Part shown: positions 36,422-45,888 of the stretch, piece after piece
Layout of the letters: each line of letters starts with the position of its first letter
Numbering within the stretch: position 1 is the stretch's first letter
DNA from: an uncultured Anaerolineaceae bacterium
Lineage (GTDB): Bacteria > Chloroflexota > Limnocylindria > Limnocylindrales > CSP1-4
Length of the DNA: 57,819 nucleotides
NCBI GenBank assembly: GCA_964393345.1
Contig: CAYMTJ010000008.1
Coordinates: 8,574-66,392, forward strand
Reading direction: 5' to 3'
Program-made: the position numbers and the translations under genes
Notes under the pieces: generated by a model
Database searches by the model: none
Told to the model about the DNA's origin: nothing
The model's input: the letters and a program-made list of their open reading frames with translations, nothing else

Positions 36422-38161
36422 TCAGTCCTCCGGACGCCAGGGGATGGGCGCCGTGGCGTCACGATCGATGATGACGAATCCGTCCGCCGCCACCCGCATC
36501 CACGGTCCGACGGCGCCATCGGGCCAGCGGACGCGCACGTCGGCTTCGGCCGCCGGCCCGAGACCGGCGTGGATCCATCCCGCCCGACCGCTGATGTGCC
36601 CGCCGCCGATCGTCAGTTCCCGGGTGGTGGTCTGCCCGCCGATCCGGACGTCGAGCCAGCCCCCGATCGCGTCGCGGTTCGGGCCGTCCTGCCGGACAGC
36701 GACCGCCAGCCAGTGGCCGATCGGGACGGGGGCTTCGTCCGTGCCGCCGCCGACGTTGTGCCAGAGCCGCGTCGGCGTGCCGACGTTGACCTCGACGAGG
36801 TCGAGCAGGCCGTCGAGATCGAGATCGACCAGTGCGGCGCCGCGCCCTCGCTCGAAGCTCAGGACGCCGGCCTCCTCGGCGGCCTCGACGAAGGTGCCGT
36901 CGGGCTGCCCGAGCAGCAGGTTGCTGGGATCACGCATCGCGAACTCGGGCATCGCGGACACGTTGCCCTTCGAGATGAACAGGTCCATGAACCCGTCGTC
37001 ATTGACGTCGTCGAACTGCGGATGCCAGGCGGTGGATGGCATGACGTCACCGCCCGTGAACGGCTGGGCCGCGTTCACGCCGCGCTTCGCGCCGATGTCA
37101 CGGTACGTCGGGCGGTCCGGGCCGGCGAGCAGCGTCTGCAGCTTGTTGTCCGCCTGGCTCGTCAGGAACACCTCCGGGAGACCATCGCCGGTGACGTCCT
37201 GGCTGGCGATCCCCATGCCCTCGATCTGGACCCGCACCCAGCCGTCCTCGGTCTCGTACCGGCGCGGCGGCTCACCCGCGACGATCCGCCAGAGTTGCTC
37301 CTCGCCGGTCGCCGGGTCGTAGTACTGGCGGTCGTTGCTGATCCGCAGGTCCGCCCGTCCCGATCCGCTCCAGTCGCTGAACAGCATCGAGAGGCTGCAG
37401 TGGCCGGGCGTCAGGACCGTCTCGGCCCCGTAGCCGGTGCTCGACGCCGGCCGGTACAGGCCGTTGTCCTCGCAGACCGGCGTCGCGGCGCCCGTCTCGT
37501 CGAGGCGCAGGTATCGACCCAGGGCGAGCGTCGGCAGATCGGCGTCGCCCTCCCACGTCGCGCTGAAGGCCGTCGTCCAGCCGGTTCCGCCCTCGAAGCC
37601 CCACGCCTCGGTGGCGTCGTCGAACCGGCAGCCACCGAGCCCGCGGAGGAGGTCCGCCCCGCCGACGCGGAGGACCGCGAGGTCGATCCGGCCGTCCGCG
37701 TCGATGTCGATCGGATACGCCCCGTTGACGCCGACACGATCGGTGACCGGATCCGGGCGTCGCTCGAACCGGAGGCCGGCGCCGGCCGTGCTCGCGTTCC
37801 GGAACAGCGCCGCGGGCTCCGCTCCACCGGCGAGGTACAGCTCCGGCCGACCGTCGTCGTCGCAGTCGAACGTCGCGAGGCCGCCGCCCACGGCGTACAG
37901 CGGGCCGCCGTCATAGGTATGCGCGAGTCCCGCGGACGCGGCGACATCCACGTAGCGCGGGACCGGACCGACGGCCGTCGGGGTCGACTGGGCCGGCCGG
38001 ATGATCCCGAGCCCGAGCGCCGCACCGACCGCCGCCAGGATGAGGACGACGGACGCCGCGCCCACGACGAGTCGAGGCCCGACGCCGCCGCCCGCGCGGG
38101 CTGAAGGAACGCCGCTCAGCTGTCCGCTCGACCGGCGAAGTAGCGCTCGGCCACGATCCAT
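36422..38161 (-). CDS. CRTAC1-family protein (FG-GAP/VCBS repeats plus ASPIC/UnbV C-terminal domain), membrane-anchored
   Basis: Motifs FDCDDDGRPELYLAGG, IDIDADGRIDL, DVTGDGLPEVF, DVNDDGFMDLF, VDLDLDGLLDL, then GPNRDAIGGWLDVRIGG...VRVRWPDG. The start is uncertain: the ATG at 38161 overlaps the upstream gene by 46 nt, and a GTG at 38065 is the alternative. Confidence 0.78.
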   Translation of the reverse strand: MDRGRALLRRSSGQLSGVPSARAGGGVGPRLVVGAASVVLILAAVGAALGLGIIRPAQSTPTAVGPVPRYVDVAASAGLAHTYDGGPLYAVGGGLATFDCDDDGRPELYLAGGAEPAALFRNASTAGAGLRFERRPDPVTDRVGVNGAYPIDIDADGRIDLAVLRVGGADLLRGLGGCRFDDATEAWGFEGGTGWTTAFSATWEGDADLPTLALGRYLRLDETGAATPVCEDNGLYRPASSTGYGAETVLTPGHCSLSMLFSDWSGSGRADLRISNDRQYYDPATGEEQLWRIVAGEPPRRYETEDGWVRVQIEGMGIASQDVTGDGLPEVFLTSQADNKLQTLLAGPDRPTYRDIGAKRGVNAAQPFTGGDVMPSTAWHPQFDDVNDDGFMDLFISKGNVSAMPEFAMRDPSNLLLGQPDGTFVEAAEEAGVLSFERGRGAALVDLDLDGLLDLVEVNVGTPTRLWHNVGGGTDEAPVPIGHWLAVAVRQDGPNRDAIGGWLDVRIGGQTTTRELTIGGGHISGRAGWIHAGLGPAAEADVRVRWPDGAVGPWMRVAADGFVIIDRDATAPIPWRPED

Positions 38162-39990
38162 GCCGCCTGGCCGCACTCGGCGCCGATCCGGCGCCCGGCG
38201 AGGTCGTCGGCACCGATGTGGATGCCACCCCACAGCCGCGACTGGCCGGCCTGATCGGCCGCATCCGCGTAGGTGGCCCACTGGAGGGTCACGTCCGTCG
38301 TCGGTCCGGCCTCGAAGCCGAGCGATCCGGCCGCCTTGGTGACCGATCCGAGCCCGTTCGGGAAGAACTCACTGCCCGTCATCCGCGTGAGGACCTCCGC
38401 CGCCGCTCGGCTGAACGTGCTGTGCCCGGACGTGTAGCCCGGGAACGACGGTGTCACGAACGTGGGGAGCTGGTACGGGATCCACGCGGTCGCGAGGATC
38501 CACTCGACCCCGCCCAGCTCCGTCTTCGGGTCGGCCGGGTTCCCGGCCCACGCGCGGATCGCGACCTCCCCTTCGTGGCCGGCCAGCGCCGCATGCGCCC
38601 CGCCGGGTGCCGCCGAGTCAGGGGTGATGACCTCCACGAGGCCGGGTTCGAGCGGCAGCCCGTCGGGATGGTAGCCGGGTGCGGCCGGATCGCTCGACTG
38701 GCCGAGACCGCCCATGTACCGGATCAGGGAGATCGGTCGGGCCGAGTCGTAGTGGCCCTTGAGACCCCACGCCGCGATGGCCGCGTCGTGCACGGCACCG
38801 TTGAGCGCCAGGTACAGCTTCGTGTCCCACTCGAGGCGGTCCACCGTCGGCCCGGTGCCCGCGACCCGCAGGTCCGGGGCGAGCGCATCCGAGACGTCGT
38901 TGGCGATGACATTCCAGTGGCCCGGTGGGGTCTCGGACTTCGGACCGTCAGCCCAGAATTCCGCTAGCACCCGACCGAAATCGCCCTCGTTCACGACGTT
39001 CGGTGCGTACGCCTGACCGGTCACGGGGTTCTCGGCCCGCCCGTGCCCGTCGTTCGTCCCCGGCGGGTTGTTGCCGACGGCTCCGGGCGAGATGTCGATC
39101 GTCCGGCCGAGTCGCGGGTCCAACCGGCTGCTGTTGCGGATGACCTCGAGGACCTGCATCTTGAGGACGTCGGCGGTCCGCTCGTCGCTGAGGCGCGGCG
39201 GCGGGCCCGGGTCGAACGGGACGCCGGACGGTCCGCCCTCGGGGATGCCGAAGCCCGTCACGTGGCCCCAGTGCGGACCGATGGCCTGCTGGACCCCATT
39301 CACGAGGGGGATCCCGTTCTGCGAGATCATGTGCTCGAGTTGCAGCGGCTGCCAGCGATCCGGGTCGACCATCGAACCGCCCGCCTCGGCGACCACGAGC
39401 GGCGGGTTGACCGGCTCGTAGGCCGGATCGGCATAGCCGTCCGCTTCGTTGGAGCCGTCCGTCAGCCCGTGGGCCAGCACCGCCGCGGCGATCCGATTGC
39501 CGACCGCCGCCGGGGTGTCGCCAACGGTCGTCGTGACGTCGAGCGGGTAACACAGGTCGTCCATGACGTCGGCGAACGCCGAGATCGACTCGTCCCCGCC
39601 GACCGCGCCGAGGTAACGCGCGGTGAGGACCCGGTACGCGGCGTAGCTGATCGCCTCGTTCCGCGCGGCGCCGACATCGGCCGCGGCCTGTCGCTCCTGG
39701 ACGAGATACCCGTCCGCCGTCGTGTCGTACGCCGCCCAGGCGTCCCACATCGCCACCGACGTGTGGAATAGGTTGCGGGCATGGACCGTGGGTGCCGGCA
39801 GCGCGCGCCGGATCGCATCGAGGAGCGCCTCGTCCCAGCGACGAGCCACGGACCACTCCGGGTGTTCCGTCGGCGCCGGGCAACGCGACGTCGGCTCCCA
39901 GGGCCGGACCGCCACGAGCCCGCCGGCGACCACGATGACCGCCACGAGGGCGACCCCGACCCCGACCATCCGCCTCCCGCGACGTGCCAC
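38116..39990 (-). CDS. vanadium-dependent haloperoxidase / PAP2-superfamily protein with N-terminal signal anchor
   Basis: Motifs KGHYDSARP (K-x6-RP), PGYTSGHS (PSGH type) and SRLWGGIHIGADD (SR-x5-H-x3-D). GTG start, N-terminus MARRGRRMVGVGVALVAVIVVAGG. Confidence 0.75.
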   Translation of the reverse strand: MARRGRRMVGVGVALVAVIVVAGGLVAVRPWEPTSRCPAPTEHPEWSVARRWDEALLDAIRRALPAPTVHARNLFHTSVAMWDAWAAYDTTADGYLVQERQAAADVGAARNEAISYAAYRVLTARYLGAVGGDESISAFADVMDDLCYPLDVTTTVGDTPAAVGNRIAAAVLAHGLTDGSNEADGYADPAYEPVNPPLVVAEAGGSMVDPDRWQPLQLEHMISQNGIPLVNGVQQAIGPHWGHVTGFGIPEGGPSGVPFDPGPPPRLSDERTADVLKMQVLEVIRNSSRLDPRLGRTIDISPGAVGNNPPGTNDGHGRAENPVTGQAYAPNVVNEGDFGRVLAEFWADGPKSETPPGHWNVIANDVSDALAPDLRVAGTGPTVDRLEWDTKLYLALNGAVHDAAIAAWGLKGHYDSARPISLIRYMGGLGQSSDPAAPGYHPDGLPLEPGLVEVITPDSAAPGGAHAALAGHEGEVAIRAWAGNPADPKTELGGVEWILATAWIPYQLPTFVTPSFPGYTSGHSTFSRAAAEVLTRMTGSEFFPNGLGSVTKAAGSLGFEAGPTTDVTLQWATYADAADQAGQSRLWGGIHIGADDLAGRRIGAECGQAAWIVAERYFAGRADS

Positions 39991-39994
39991 GCCG

Positions 39995-41059
39995 CTACTC
40001 CGGGGTTCCCACCCGCCGATCGCGGGCAGCGCGATCGAGGGCGACGAGGGTGGCGACGTTCCCGCGGCTGAAGTCGAGCGTGACGCGCGGCGTCGCGCCG
40101 TCGAGGATCGCGGCCGTGAGGTCCTCGACCTCCAGCCGGACCTGGTCGACGGCCTCGACCTCGATCACGGTCGGAGCGCCATCGCGGGTCAGGATCAGCG
40201 ACGGGTCCGGGCCATCCGGCGCGCTGAGGAACGGGTGGGGCAAGGTCAAGGTCGCGAGGCGCCCCACGATCTCGATGCGCTGGCGATCGGGCGCGGCGAA
40301 CCCGCTGTCGAACTGCGCGAGCATGCCATTCGCGAAGCGCATCTGGCCGACGAACGAGCGGTCCACGTCCCCGTCATCGAAGCGGGCGAACGCGGCGACC
40401 GAGCTCGGCTCGGCACCGGCGACCCGCCGGGCGATGCTCACCGGGTACAGGCCGACGTCCCACAGCGACCCGCCGCCCATGGCCAGGACCGTCCGAGGGT
40501 CCCCGGGGTGATCGAGCGGGAACGAGAACGACCCGGCCACGAGTTCGATCGGGCCGAGCGACCCATCCCGCGCGAGTTCCACCGCGCGACGGATCTGCGG
40601 GTGATGGAGATGCATGAACCCCTCGGCCGCCACCCGCCCGGCCCGCTGCGCGGCGTCGATGATCGCGTCGACCTCGTCGACCGTCAGGGCCAGCGGCTTC
40701 TCGCACAGGACGTGCTTGCCAGCGTCCAGGGCCTGGATCGTCCACCGGGCATGCAGGTGATTCGGGAGCGCGATGTAGACGACGTCGACGTCGGGCGAGT
40801 CGAGCAGCGCCTCGTAGGAGCCGAACCAGCGCCCGATCCCATGCTCAGAGGCGAACGCGGCGGCGCGCTCGCCGTCACGGCTCGCGACCGCGGCCATGAC
40901 CGCCCGATCCGCGGCCCCGACGGCGCGGACCATGCGCGGGGCGATGCGACCGGGGCCCAGGATCCCCCAGCGCAGTGCCGTCGACCCTGCCTCGCTCGAC
41001 CGTGCCAGTGCGGAGCCCTCCGAGGTGCGATGGATACCGGATCGATACCGGCTTGACAC
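39995..41059 (-). CDS. Gfo/Idh/MocA family oxidoreductase
   Basis: LRWGILGPGRIAPR Rossmann start, and the EKPLALT motif as CEKPLALTVDE. The only in-frame start is the GTG at 41059. Confidence 0.85.
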   Translation of the reverse strand: MSSRYRSGIHRTSEGSALARSSEAGSTALRWGILGPGRIAPRMVRAVGAADRAVMAAVASRDGERAAAFASEHGIGRWFGSYEALLDSPDVDVVYIALPNHLHARWTIQALDAGKHVLCEKPLALTVDEVDAIIDAAQRAGRVAAEGFMHLHHPQIRRAVELARDGSLGPIELVAGSFSFPLDHPGDPRTVLAMGGGSLWDVGLYPVSIARRVAGAEPSSVAAFARFDDGDVDRSFVGQMRFANGMLAQFDSGFAAPDRQRIEIVGRLATLTLPHPFLSAPDGPDPSLILTRDGAPTVIEVEAVDQVRLEVEDLTAAILDGATPRVTLDFSRGNVATLVALDRAARDRRVGTPE

Positions 41060-41116
41060 CGGCGGTCGCGGTATACGACCCTAGCACACCTATTTGCAAG
41101 AGAGGAACACAAACCC

Positions 41117-42352
41117 TTGACGCTCGGTCGGGATGACGTCGGACAGCGCAGCGAGACCGTGCGGCGCGCCAACTTGAGCGCGATCGTCCGGGAGCTCCAC
41201 GCACAGGGTCCGCTCTCCCGATCCGACCTCGTCGCCAAGACGAGCCTGACCCGCAGCGCGATCCGCAACCTGATCGGCGAACTCGCGGTCGCGGGACTCG
41301 TGAGCGAAGAGCGGGCGACGTCGCTCGGGACGCCAGGCCGGCCCTCCCCGCTGGTCCGCCTCGTGCCGGACAGCGCCGTCGTCCTGGCGCTCGAGATCGC
41401 CGTCGACTCGCTTGCCGCCGCCGTCGTGGGTCTCGGCGGCGAGGTCTTCGAACTCGTGCGGGCGGACCGGCGCCGAGGCCACTCATCGGTCGACGATGTG
41501 GTGTCCGACCTCATCCGCCTGGCCTCGGTCATCCGCTCGCGACGACCCGCCGATGATGCACTCATCGGGGTCGGGGTCTCCATCGTCGGCGTCGTGCGGC
41601 GGACCGACGGGCTCGTGTCGATGGCGCCGAACCTCGGCTGGACCGACGTCGCGCTCGGGGAGCACCTTGCAGCAGCCCTTGGCGTGTCGGTCCCCATCTC
41701 GATCGCCAACGACGCGGATCTCGGCGCTCTCGTCGAGGTCCGGCGCGGCGCCGCCATCGGTGCCGAGAACATCCTGTTCATCGCCGGCGAGGTCGGCGTC
41801 GGCGGCGGCATGATCGTCGGCGGGCGACCGATGACCGGCGCCGCCGGGTACGGCGGTGAGATCGGCCACTTCCCGGTGAACCCGCTCGGCTCGCCCTGCC
41901 GGTGCGGCTCGACCGGCTGCTGGGAGACCGAGGTCGGCGAGGACGCGTTGCTGGTCCGCGCGGGCCACCGTCCCAGCGGCGGGCGCCGCGGCGTGGAGCG
42001 GGTCCTGCGCGAGGCGTCCGACGGTCTCGCCTCGGCGACCACCGCCCTCGCGGAGACCGGGACCTGGCTGGGCCGCGGCCTCGCGGGTCTCGTGAACGTC
42101 CTCAACCCCGAACTCGTGGTCCTCGGCGGCCTGTTCGCCCGGATCCACCCCTTCGTGATCGGGAGCGTCATGGCCGAGTTCGATCGTCGGACCCTGCCCG
42201 CGCCCCGCTCGATGGTGCGCATCGTCCCGGCCATGCTCGGTGCCAACGCGCCGTTGCTCGGCGCGGCCGAGCTCGCCTTCGAACCCTTGCTCGCTGACCC
42301 CGCCGAGTGGGTCGGACCACGCGTCGCCTTGACCGAGCTGGCCAGCGCCTGA
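41117..42352 (+). CDS. ROK-family transcriptional regulator (XylR-like candidate)
   Basis: TTG start, N-terminal wHTH (NLSAIVRELHAQGPLSRSDLVAKTSLTRSAI), and ROK zinc motif GEIGH...CRCGSTGCWE. Confidence 0.85.
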   Translation: MTLGRDDVGQRSETVRRANLSAIVRELHAQGPLSRSDLVAKTSLTRSAIRNLIGELAVAGLVSEERATSLGTPGRPSPLVRLVPDSAVVLALEIAVDSLAAAVVGLGGEVFELVRADRRRGHSSVDDVVSDLIRLASVIRSRRPADDALIGVGVSIVGVVRRTDGLVSMAPNLGWTDVALGEHLAAALGVSVPISIANDADLGALVEVRRGAAIGAENILFIAGEVGVGGGMIVGGRPMTGAAGYGGEIGHFPVNPLGSPCRCGSTGCWETEVGEDALLVRAGHRPSGGRRGVERVLREASDGLASATTALAETGTWLGRGLAGLVNVLNPELVVLGGLFARIHPFVIGSVMAEFDRRTLPAPRSMVRIVPAMLGANAPLLGAAELAFEPLLADPAEWVGPRVALTELASA

Positions 42353-42466
42353 GCGCCGGCCCGCGTCCCCCGCAAACGATCGGCCCCGACAGCAGAGGAG
42401 GAGACAAACGAACGGAGGAGCGACCCAAGCGAATGTCTTGGTAGGTATGAGAGGAGAGACAAGCCA

Positions 42467-43603
42467 ATGCTGAATCGAAGAGCGACGGCGGCGTTGTTCG
42501 TCGTTGCGACCGTCTTCGCGGCCTGCTCGAGCGGGACCGCGTCCCCCTCGGCGGCCCCATCCGCCGCCCCATCCGCGGCGCCGTCCGAGGCCCCCTCGGC
42601 CGCCCCATCGGCAGAGCCGCAGGCGTGCACGGTCGGCGTGTCCTGGAACAACTTCCAGGAAGAGCGCTGGGGCAAGTTCGATGAGCCCGCCCTGAAGGCC
42701 GCCATCGAGGCCGGCGGCGGGACCTACATCTCGAACGACGCGAAGTCGTCGGCCGAGACGCAGGCCACCAACGTCGAGAACCTGATCACGCAGGGCGCCA
42801 ACGTCCTCGTGATCCTGGCCCAGGACGGGACCGCGATCAAGCCGTCGGTGGCCGCGGCCGCCGCGGCGGGCGTCCCCGTCATCGCGTACGACCGCCTCAT
42901 CGAGGACCCGAGCGTCCTCTATGCCACGTTCGACAACAAGGGCGTCGGCAAGATCATGGCCGAGATCCTGCTCGGCGTGATCGATGAAGGCAACTTCGCG
43001 ATCATCAAGGGCAACTCGGCCGACGCCAACGCGGACTTCCTCCGCGCGGGCATGACCGAGGCGGGCATCCCGGACGTCGGCGCGACCGACCCGGCCGGCA
43101 AGATCGTCATCGTCGGTGAGACCTACACCGACAACTGGGATCCGGCCAACGCGCAGACGAACATGGAGCAGATCCTCACCGACAACGACAACAACGTCGA
43201 CGCCGTTCTCTCCGAGAACGACGGCATGGCCGGCGGCGTCATCGCGGCGCTCGAAGCCCAGGGTCTCGCCGGGAAGGTCCCGGTGACGGGTCAGGACGGC
43301 GACAAGGCCGCCCTCAACCGCGTGGCGCTGGGCACCCAGCTCGTGTCCGTCTGGAAGGACGGCCGCAACCTGGGCAAGGCGTCCGGTGAGGCAGCCGTCG
43401 CGCTGTGCGCCGATCCGGACCTGTCCAAGCTGTCGGGAACGGTCCAGTTCGACACCCCGGGTGGAAACACCCTGACGTCGATCATCCTTGACCCGACCCC
43501 CGTCCAGCAGGACAATCTCCAGGCGGTCATCGACGCCAACGTCGTGACCAAGGACGAGCTCTGCGCAGGCGTCACGGCCGGGTCCGTGGCCGCTTGCCCC
43601 TGA
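42467..43603 (+). CDS. xylF: xylose-type (CUT2) sugar ABC transporter substrate-binding lipoprotein
   Basis: Lipobox VFAAC, a PSAA-rich linker, and a XylF-like body (VGVSWNNFQEERW, VIAYDRLI, TGQDGD). Sits in the xyl locus. Confidence 0.8.
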   Translation: MLNRRATAALFVVATVFAACSSGTASPSAAPSAAPSAAPSEAPSAAPSAEPQACTVGVSWNNFQEERWGKFDEPALKAAIEAGGGTYISNDAKSSAETQATNVENLITQGANVLVILAQDGTAIKPSVAAAAAAGVPVIAYDRLIEDPSVLYATFDNKGVGKIMAEILLGVIDEGNFAIIKGNSADANADFLRAGMTEAGIPDVGATDPAGKIVIVGETYTDNWDPANAQTNMEQILTDNDNNVDAVLSENDGMAGGVIAALEAQGLAGKVPVTGQDGDKAALNRVALGTQLVSVWKDGRNLGKASGEAAVALCADPDLSKLSGTVQFDTPGGNTLTSIILDPTPVQQDNLQAVIDANVVTKDELCAGVTAGSVAACP

Positions 43604-43626
43604 TCGTTCGCACCTCGTGAGTTCGG

Positions 43627-43661
43627 CTCACTGCGCCGCGGCCCCGCCGCGGCGCAGTGAG
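43627..43661 (+). terminator. intercistronic stem-loop after the binding-protein gene
   Basis: Perfect 15-bp stem CTCACTGCGCCGCGG / CCGCGGCGCAGTGAG with a 5-nt loop. It lies 23 nt after the xylF stop and 21 nt before the xylH SD. Confidence 0.6.
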
Positions 43662-43695
43662 CATTCGTTCGCCAGTCCCCTCGGGAGGCGCATCG

Positions 43696-45012
43696 ATGAG
43701 CCAGGTGTCCGCCGTTCCCCAGCCAGCCGCGAACGCCCCGCTGAGCCCCCGCACGCGCTCGCTTCGGCGCGCGCTCGAACTCGACACGCGACTGCTCGGG
43801 ATGCTCGTCGCGCTGGCCGTCATCTGGGTCTTCTTCAACGTCATCTCCGGCGGGGACTTCATCACCGCCCGGAATCTGTGGAACCTGTCGGTCCAGAGCG
43901 CCTCGATCGCGATCATGGCGACGGGCATGGTGCTCATCATCGTGTCGCGCAACATCGACCTCTCGGTGGGGTCGATGCTCGGGTTCATCGGCTACGTGAT
44001 GGCCATGGCCCAGACGGTCTGGATCCCGACGGCCCTCGGCTTCGGATTCGACCAGCCGTGGACCTGGATCGCGACGCTCGGGATCGGGATCGTGGTGGGT
44101 GCGCTCATCGGCGGTCTCAGCGGGGTCATCGTGGCATACGGCGGCGTCCCGTCGTTCATCGTGACCCTCGGCGGCCTGCTCATCTGGCGGGGCCTGATCT
44201 TCCGGTTCCAGCAGGGGCAGACCATCGCGCCGCTCGATCCGACGTTCCGTCTCCTGGGCGGGGGTCCCGAAGGATCGCTCGGCGAGACGCTGAGCTGGGC
44301 CGTTGCGGCGCTCGCCTGCGCGGGCATCGCCTACACGCTCTTCGCCGGCCGGCGCCGCCGACGTCGGTTCGGGTTCCCGGTCCGCCCCATCTGGGCCGAG
44401 TTGGTCCTGGGCGCGATCGGTGTCGCGACGGTCATCGCGGCCGTGTGGGTCGCCAACTCGTATCTCTGGCCCCCGGCCCTCGCCGAGCAATACGCCGAGC
44501 GGAACGGGATCCCGATCCCGCCCGGCGGGTTGCAGATCCCGACCGGGATCGCATTCCCCGTGGTCCTCATGATCATCGTCGGGATCGTCATGACCTACCT
44601 CGCGACGCGCCGACGGTTCGGCCGCTACGTCTACGCGATCGGCGGCAACCCGGACGCCGCGGAACTCGGCGGCATCAACGTCCGGCGGACCATCACGATG
44701 ACCTTCGTGGTGATGGGGGTCCTCGCCGCCATCGCGGCCGCGGTCCAGACCGCGCGGCTGAACGCGGCCGTCACGAACCTCGGGGTCCAGAACGAGCTGG
44801 ACGTGATCTCGGCGGCGGTCATCGGCGGGACGTCGTTCGCCGGCGGGATCGGCACGGTGCCCGGGGCGATCCTCGGTGCGGTCGTGATGCAATCGCTGCG
44901 CTCGGGGATGTTGCTGCTCAACGTCGACTCCCCCTCGCAGGACGTCGTGGTCGGCGCCGTGCTGGTCCTTGCGGTCGGTGCGGACGCGCTGCTGCGTCGA
45001 CGAGCACGATGA
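43696..45012 (+). CDS. xylH: xylose-type sugar ABC transporter permease
   Basis: ATG lies 7 nt after GGGAGG. Multi-TM with [38 protein letters not shown] typical of CUT2 permeases. Confidence 0.82.
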   Translation: MSQVSAVPQPAANAPLSPRTRSLRRALELDTRLLGMLVALAVIWVFFNVISGGDFITARNLWNLSVQSASIAIMATGMVLIIVSRNIDLSVGSMLGFIGYVMAMAQTVWIPTALGFGFDQPWTWIATLGIGIVVGALIGGLSGVIVAYGGVPSFIVTLGGLLIWRGLIFRFQQGQTIAPLDPTFRLLGGGPEGSLGETLSWAVAALACAGIAYTLFAGRRRRRRFGFPVRPIWAELVLGAIGVATVIAAVWVANSYLWPPALAEQYAERNGIPIPPGGLQIPTGIAFPVVLMIIVGIVMTYLATRRRFGRYVYAIGGNPDAAELGGINVRRTITMTFVVMGVLAAIAAAVQTARLNAAVTNLGVQNELDVISAAVIGGTSFAGGIGTVPGAILGAVVMQSLRSGMLLLNVDSPSQDVVVGAVLVLAVGADALLRRRAR

Positions 45013-45031
45013 GCGGACGGGAGGCACGGCG

Positions 45032-45844
45032 ATGACCACCGGCACCATGACCCACGACGCGACGATGCCCGCCCCGACCTCGGCGCCGCTCGTCGAGATG
45101 CGCGACATCCGCGTGTCGTTCGGTGGCGTCCATGCCGTCGACGGCGTCTCGGTCGACGTGAACCGCGGCGAGGTCATCGGCCTCGTCGGTGGCAACGGCG
45201 CCGGGAAATCGACCCTGATCCGGGTCCTGTCGGGCGCCCATCAGGCCGATTCGGGCTCCATCCACATCGACGGCGACAAGGTCGCGATCAACAACCCGCG
45301 CGACGCCAAGGCGCTCGGCATCGAGACGATCTACCAGACGCTCGCGTTGGCGGAGAACATCGATGCGGCGGCGAACCTGTTCCTCGGTCGGGAACTCCTG
45401 ACCCGGTTCGGGTCGCTCGACGATTCGGCCATGGAGTCCGCCACGCGCGGGCTGATGGGCCGGCTGAACCCCCGGTTCCAGAACTTCAAGACGCCGGTGA
45501 AGTCGCTCTCCGGCGGCCAGCGCCAATCGGTCGCCATCGCCCGGGCGCTCCACTTCAACGCCAGGATCCTGATCATGGACGAGCCCACCGCGGCGCTCGG
45601 GCCGGCCGAGACGGCTCAGGTCCGCGACCTGGTCACCCAGCTCAAGTCCGAGGGGATCGGCATCTTCCTGATCAGCCACGACATCCACGACGTGTTCGAC
45701 CTGGCCGACCGGATCAGCGTGATGAACCAGGGGAAGCTCGTGGGGACGGTCCACAAGGACGACGTCACCAAGGACGACGTCCTCGCCATGATCATCCTCG
45801 GGAAGCAGCCCGAGAAGGGCGCCGCCAGGGTCAACGGCAGCTGA
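45032..45844 (+). CDS. sugar ABC transporter ATP-binding protein, single nucleotide-binding domain
   Basis: [36 protein letters not shown]. Only about 270 aa, meaning one NBD. Confidence 0.85.
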   Translation: MTTGTMTHDATMPAPTSAPLVEMRDIRVSFGGVHAVDGVSVDVNRGEVIGLVGGNGAGKSTLIRVLSGAHQADSGSIHIDGDKVAINNPRDAKALGIETIYQTLALAENIDAAANLFLGRELLTRFGSLDDSAMESATRGLMGRLNPRFQNFKTPVKSLSGGQRQSVAIARALHFNARILIMDEPTAALGPAETAQVRDLVTQLKSEGIGIFLISHDIHDVFDLADRISVMNQGKLVGTVHKDDVTKDDVLAMIILGKQPEKGAARVNGS

Positions 45845-45888
45845 GTCGCCGGCCGGCCCTCCTGAGCCGGCGCGGTCCTGAGCCGGCG

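Noticed and set aside
35018-38104. 1028-aa plus-strand ORF.
   Set aside because: It is antisense to the M24-fold and CRTAC1-family genes, which carry recognisable motifs. Its composition is Arg/Pro/Ala-dominated, so it is a shadow ORF.
41053-41058. TTGACA hexamer that might be the -35 box of the ROK regulator promoter.
   Set aside because: No acceptable -10 box lies at 16-19 nt (TATACG is 13 nt away and TAGCAC 23 nt away). The hexamer also overlaps the GTG start codon of the divergent Gfo/Idh/MocA gene.
42535-42612. Repetitive PSAA-coding nucleotide tract in xylF. A similar Pro/Ser/Ala tract lies in the binding protein at about 7690-7760.
   Set aside because: These are typical flexible linkers following the lipobox Cys of binding lipoproteins in this kind of organism. 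They are not independent elements.
45861-45888. Tandem 12-nt direct repeat CCTGAGCCGGCG-cggt-CCTGAGCCGGCG between the convergent ATPase gene and xylB.
   Set aside because: It has only two copies in a 44-nt convergent spacer, with no stem-loop potential or known motif. It is most likely a slippage remnant and too small to interpret.
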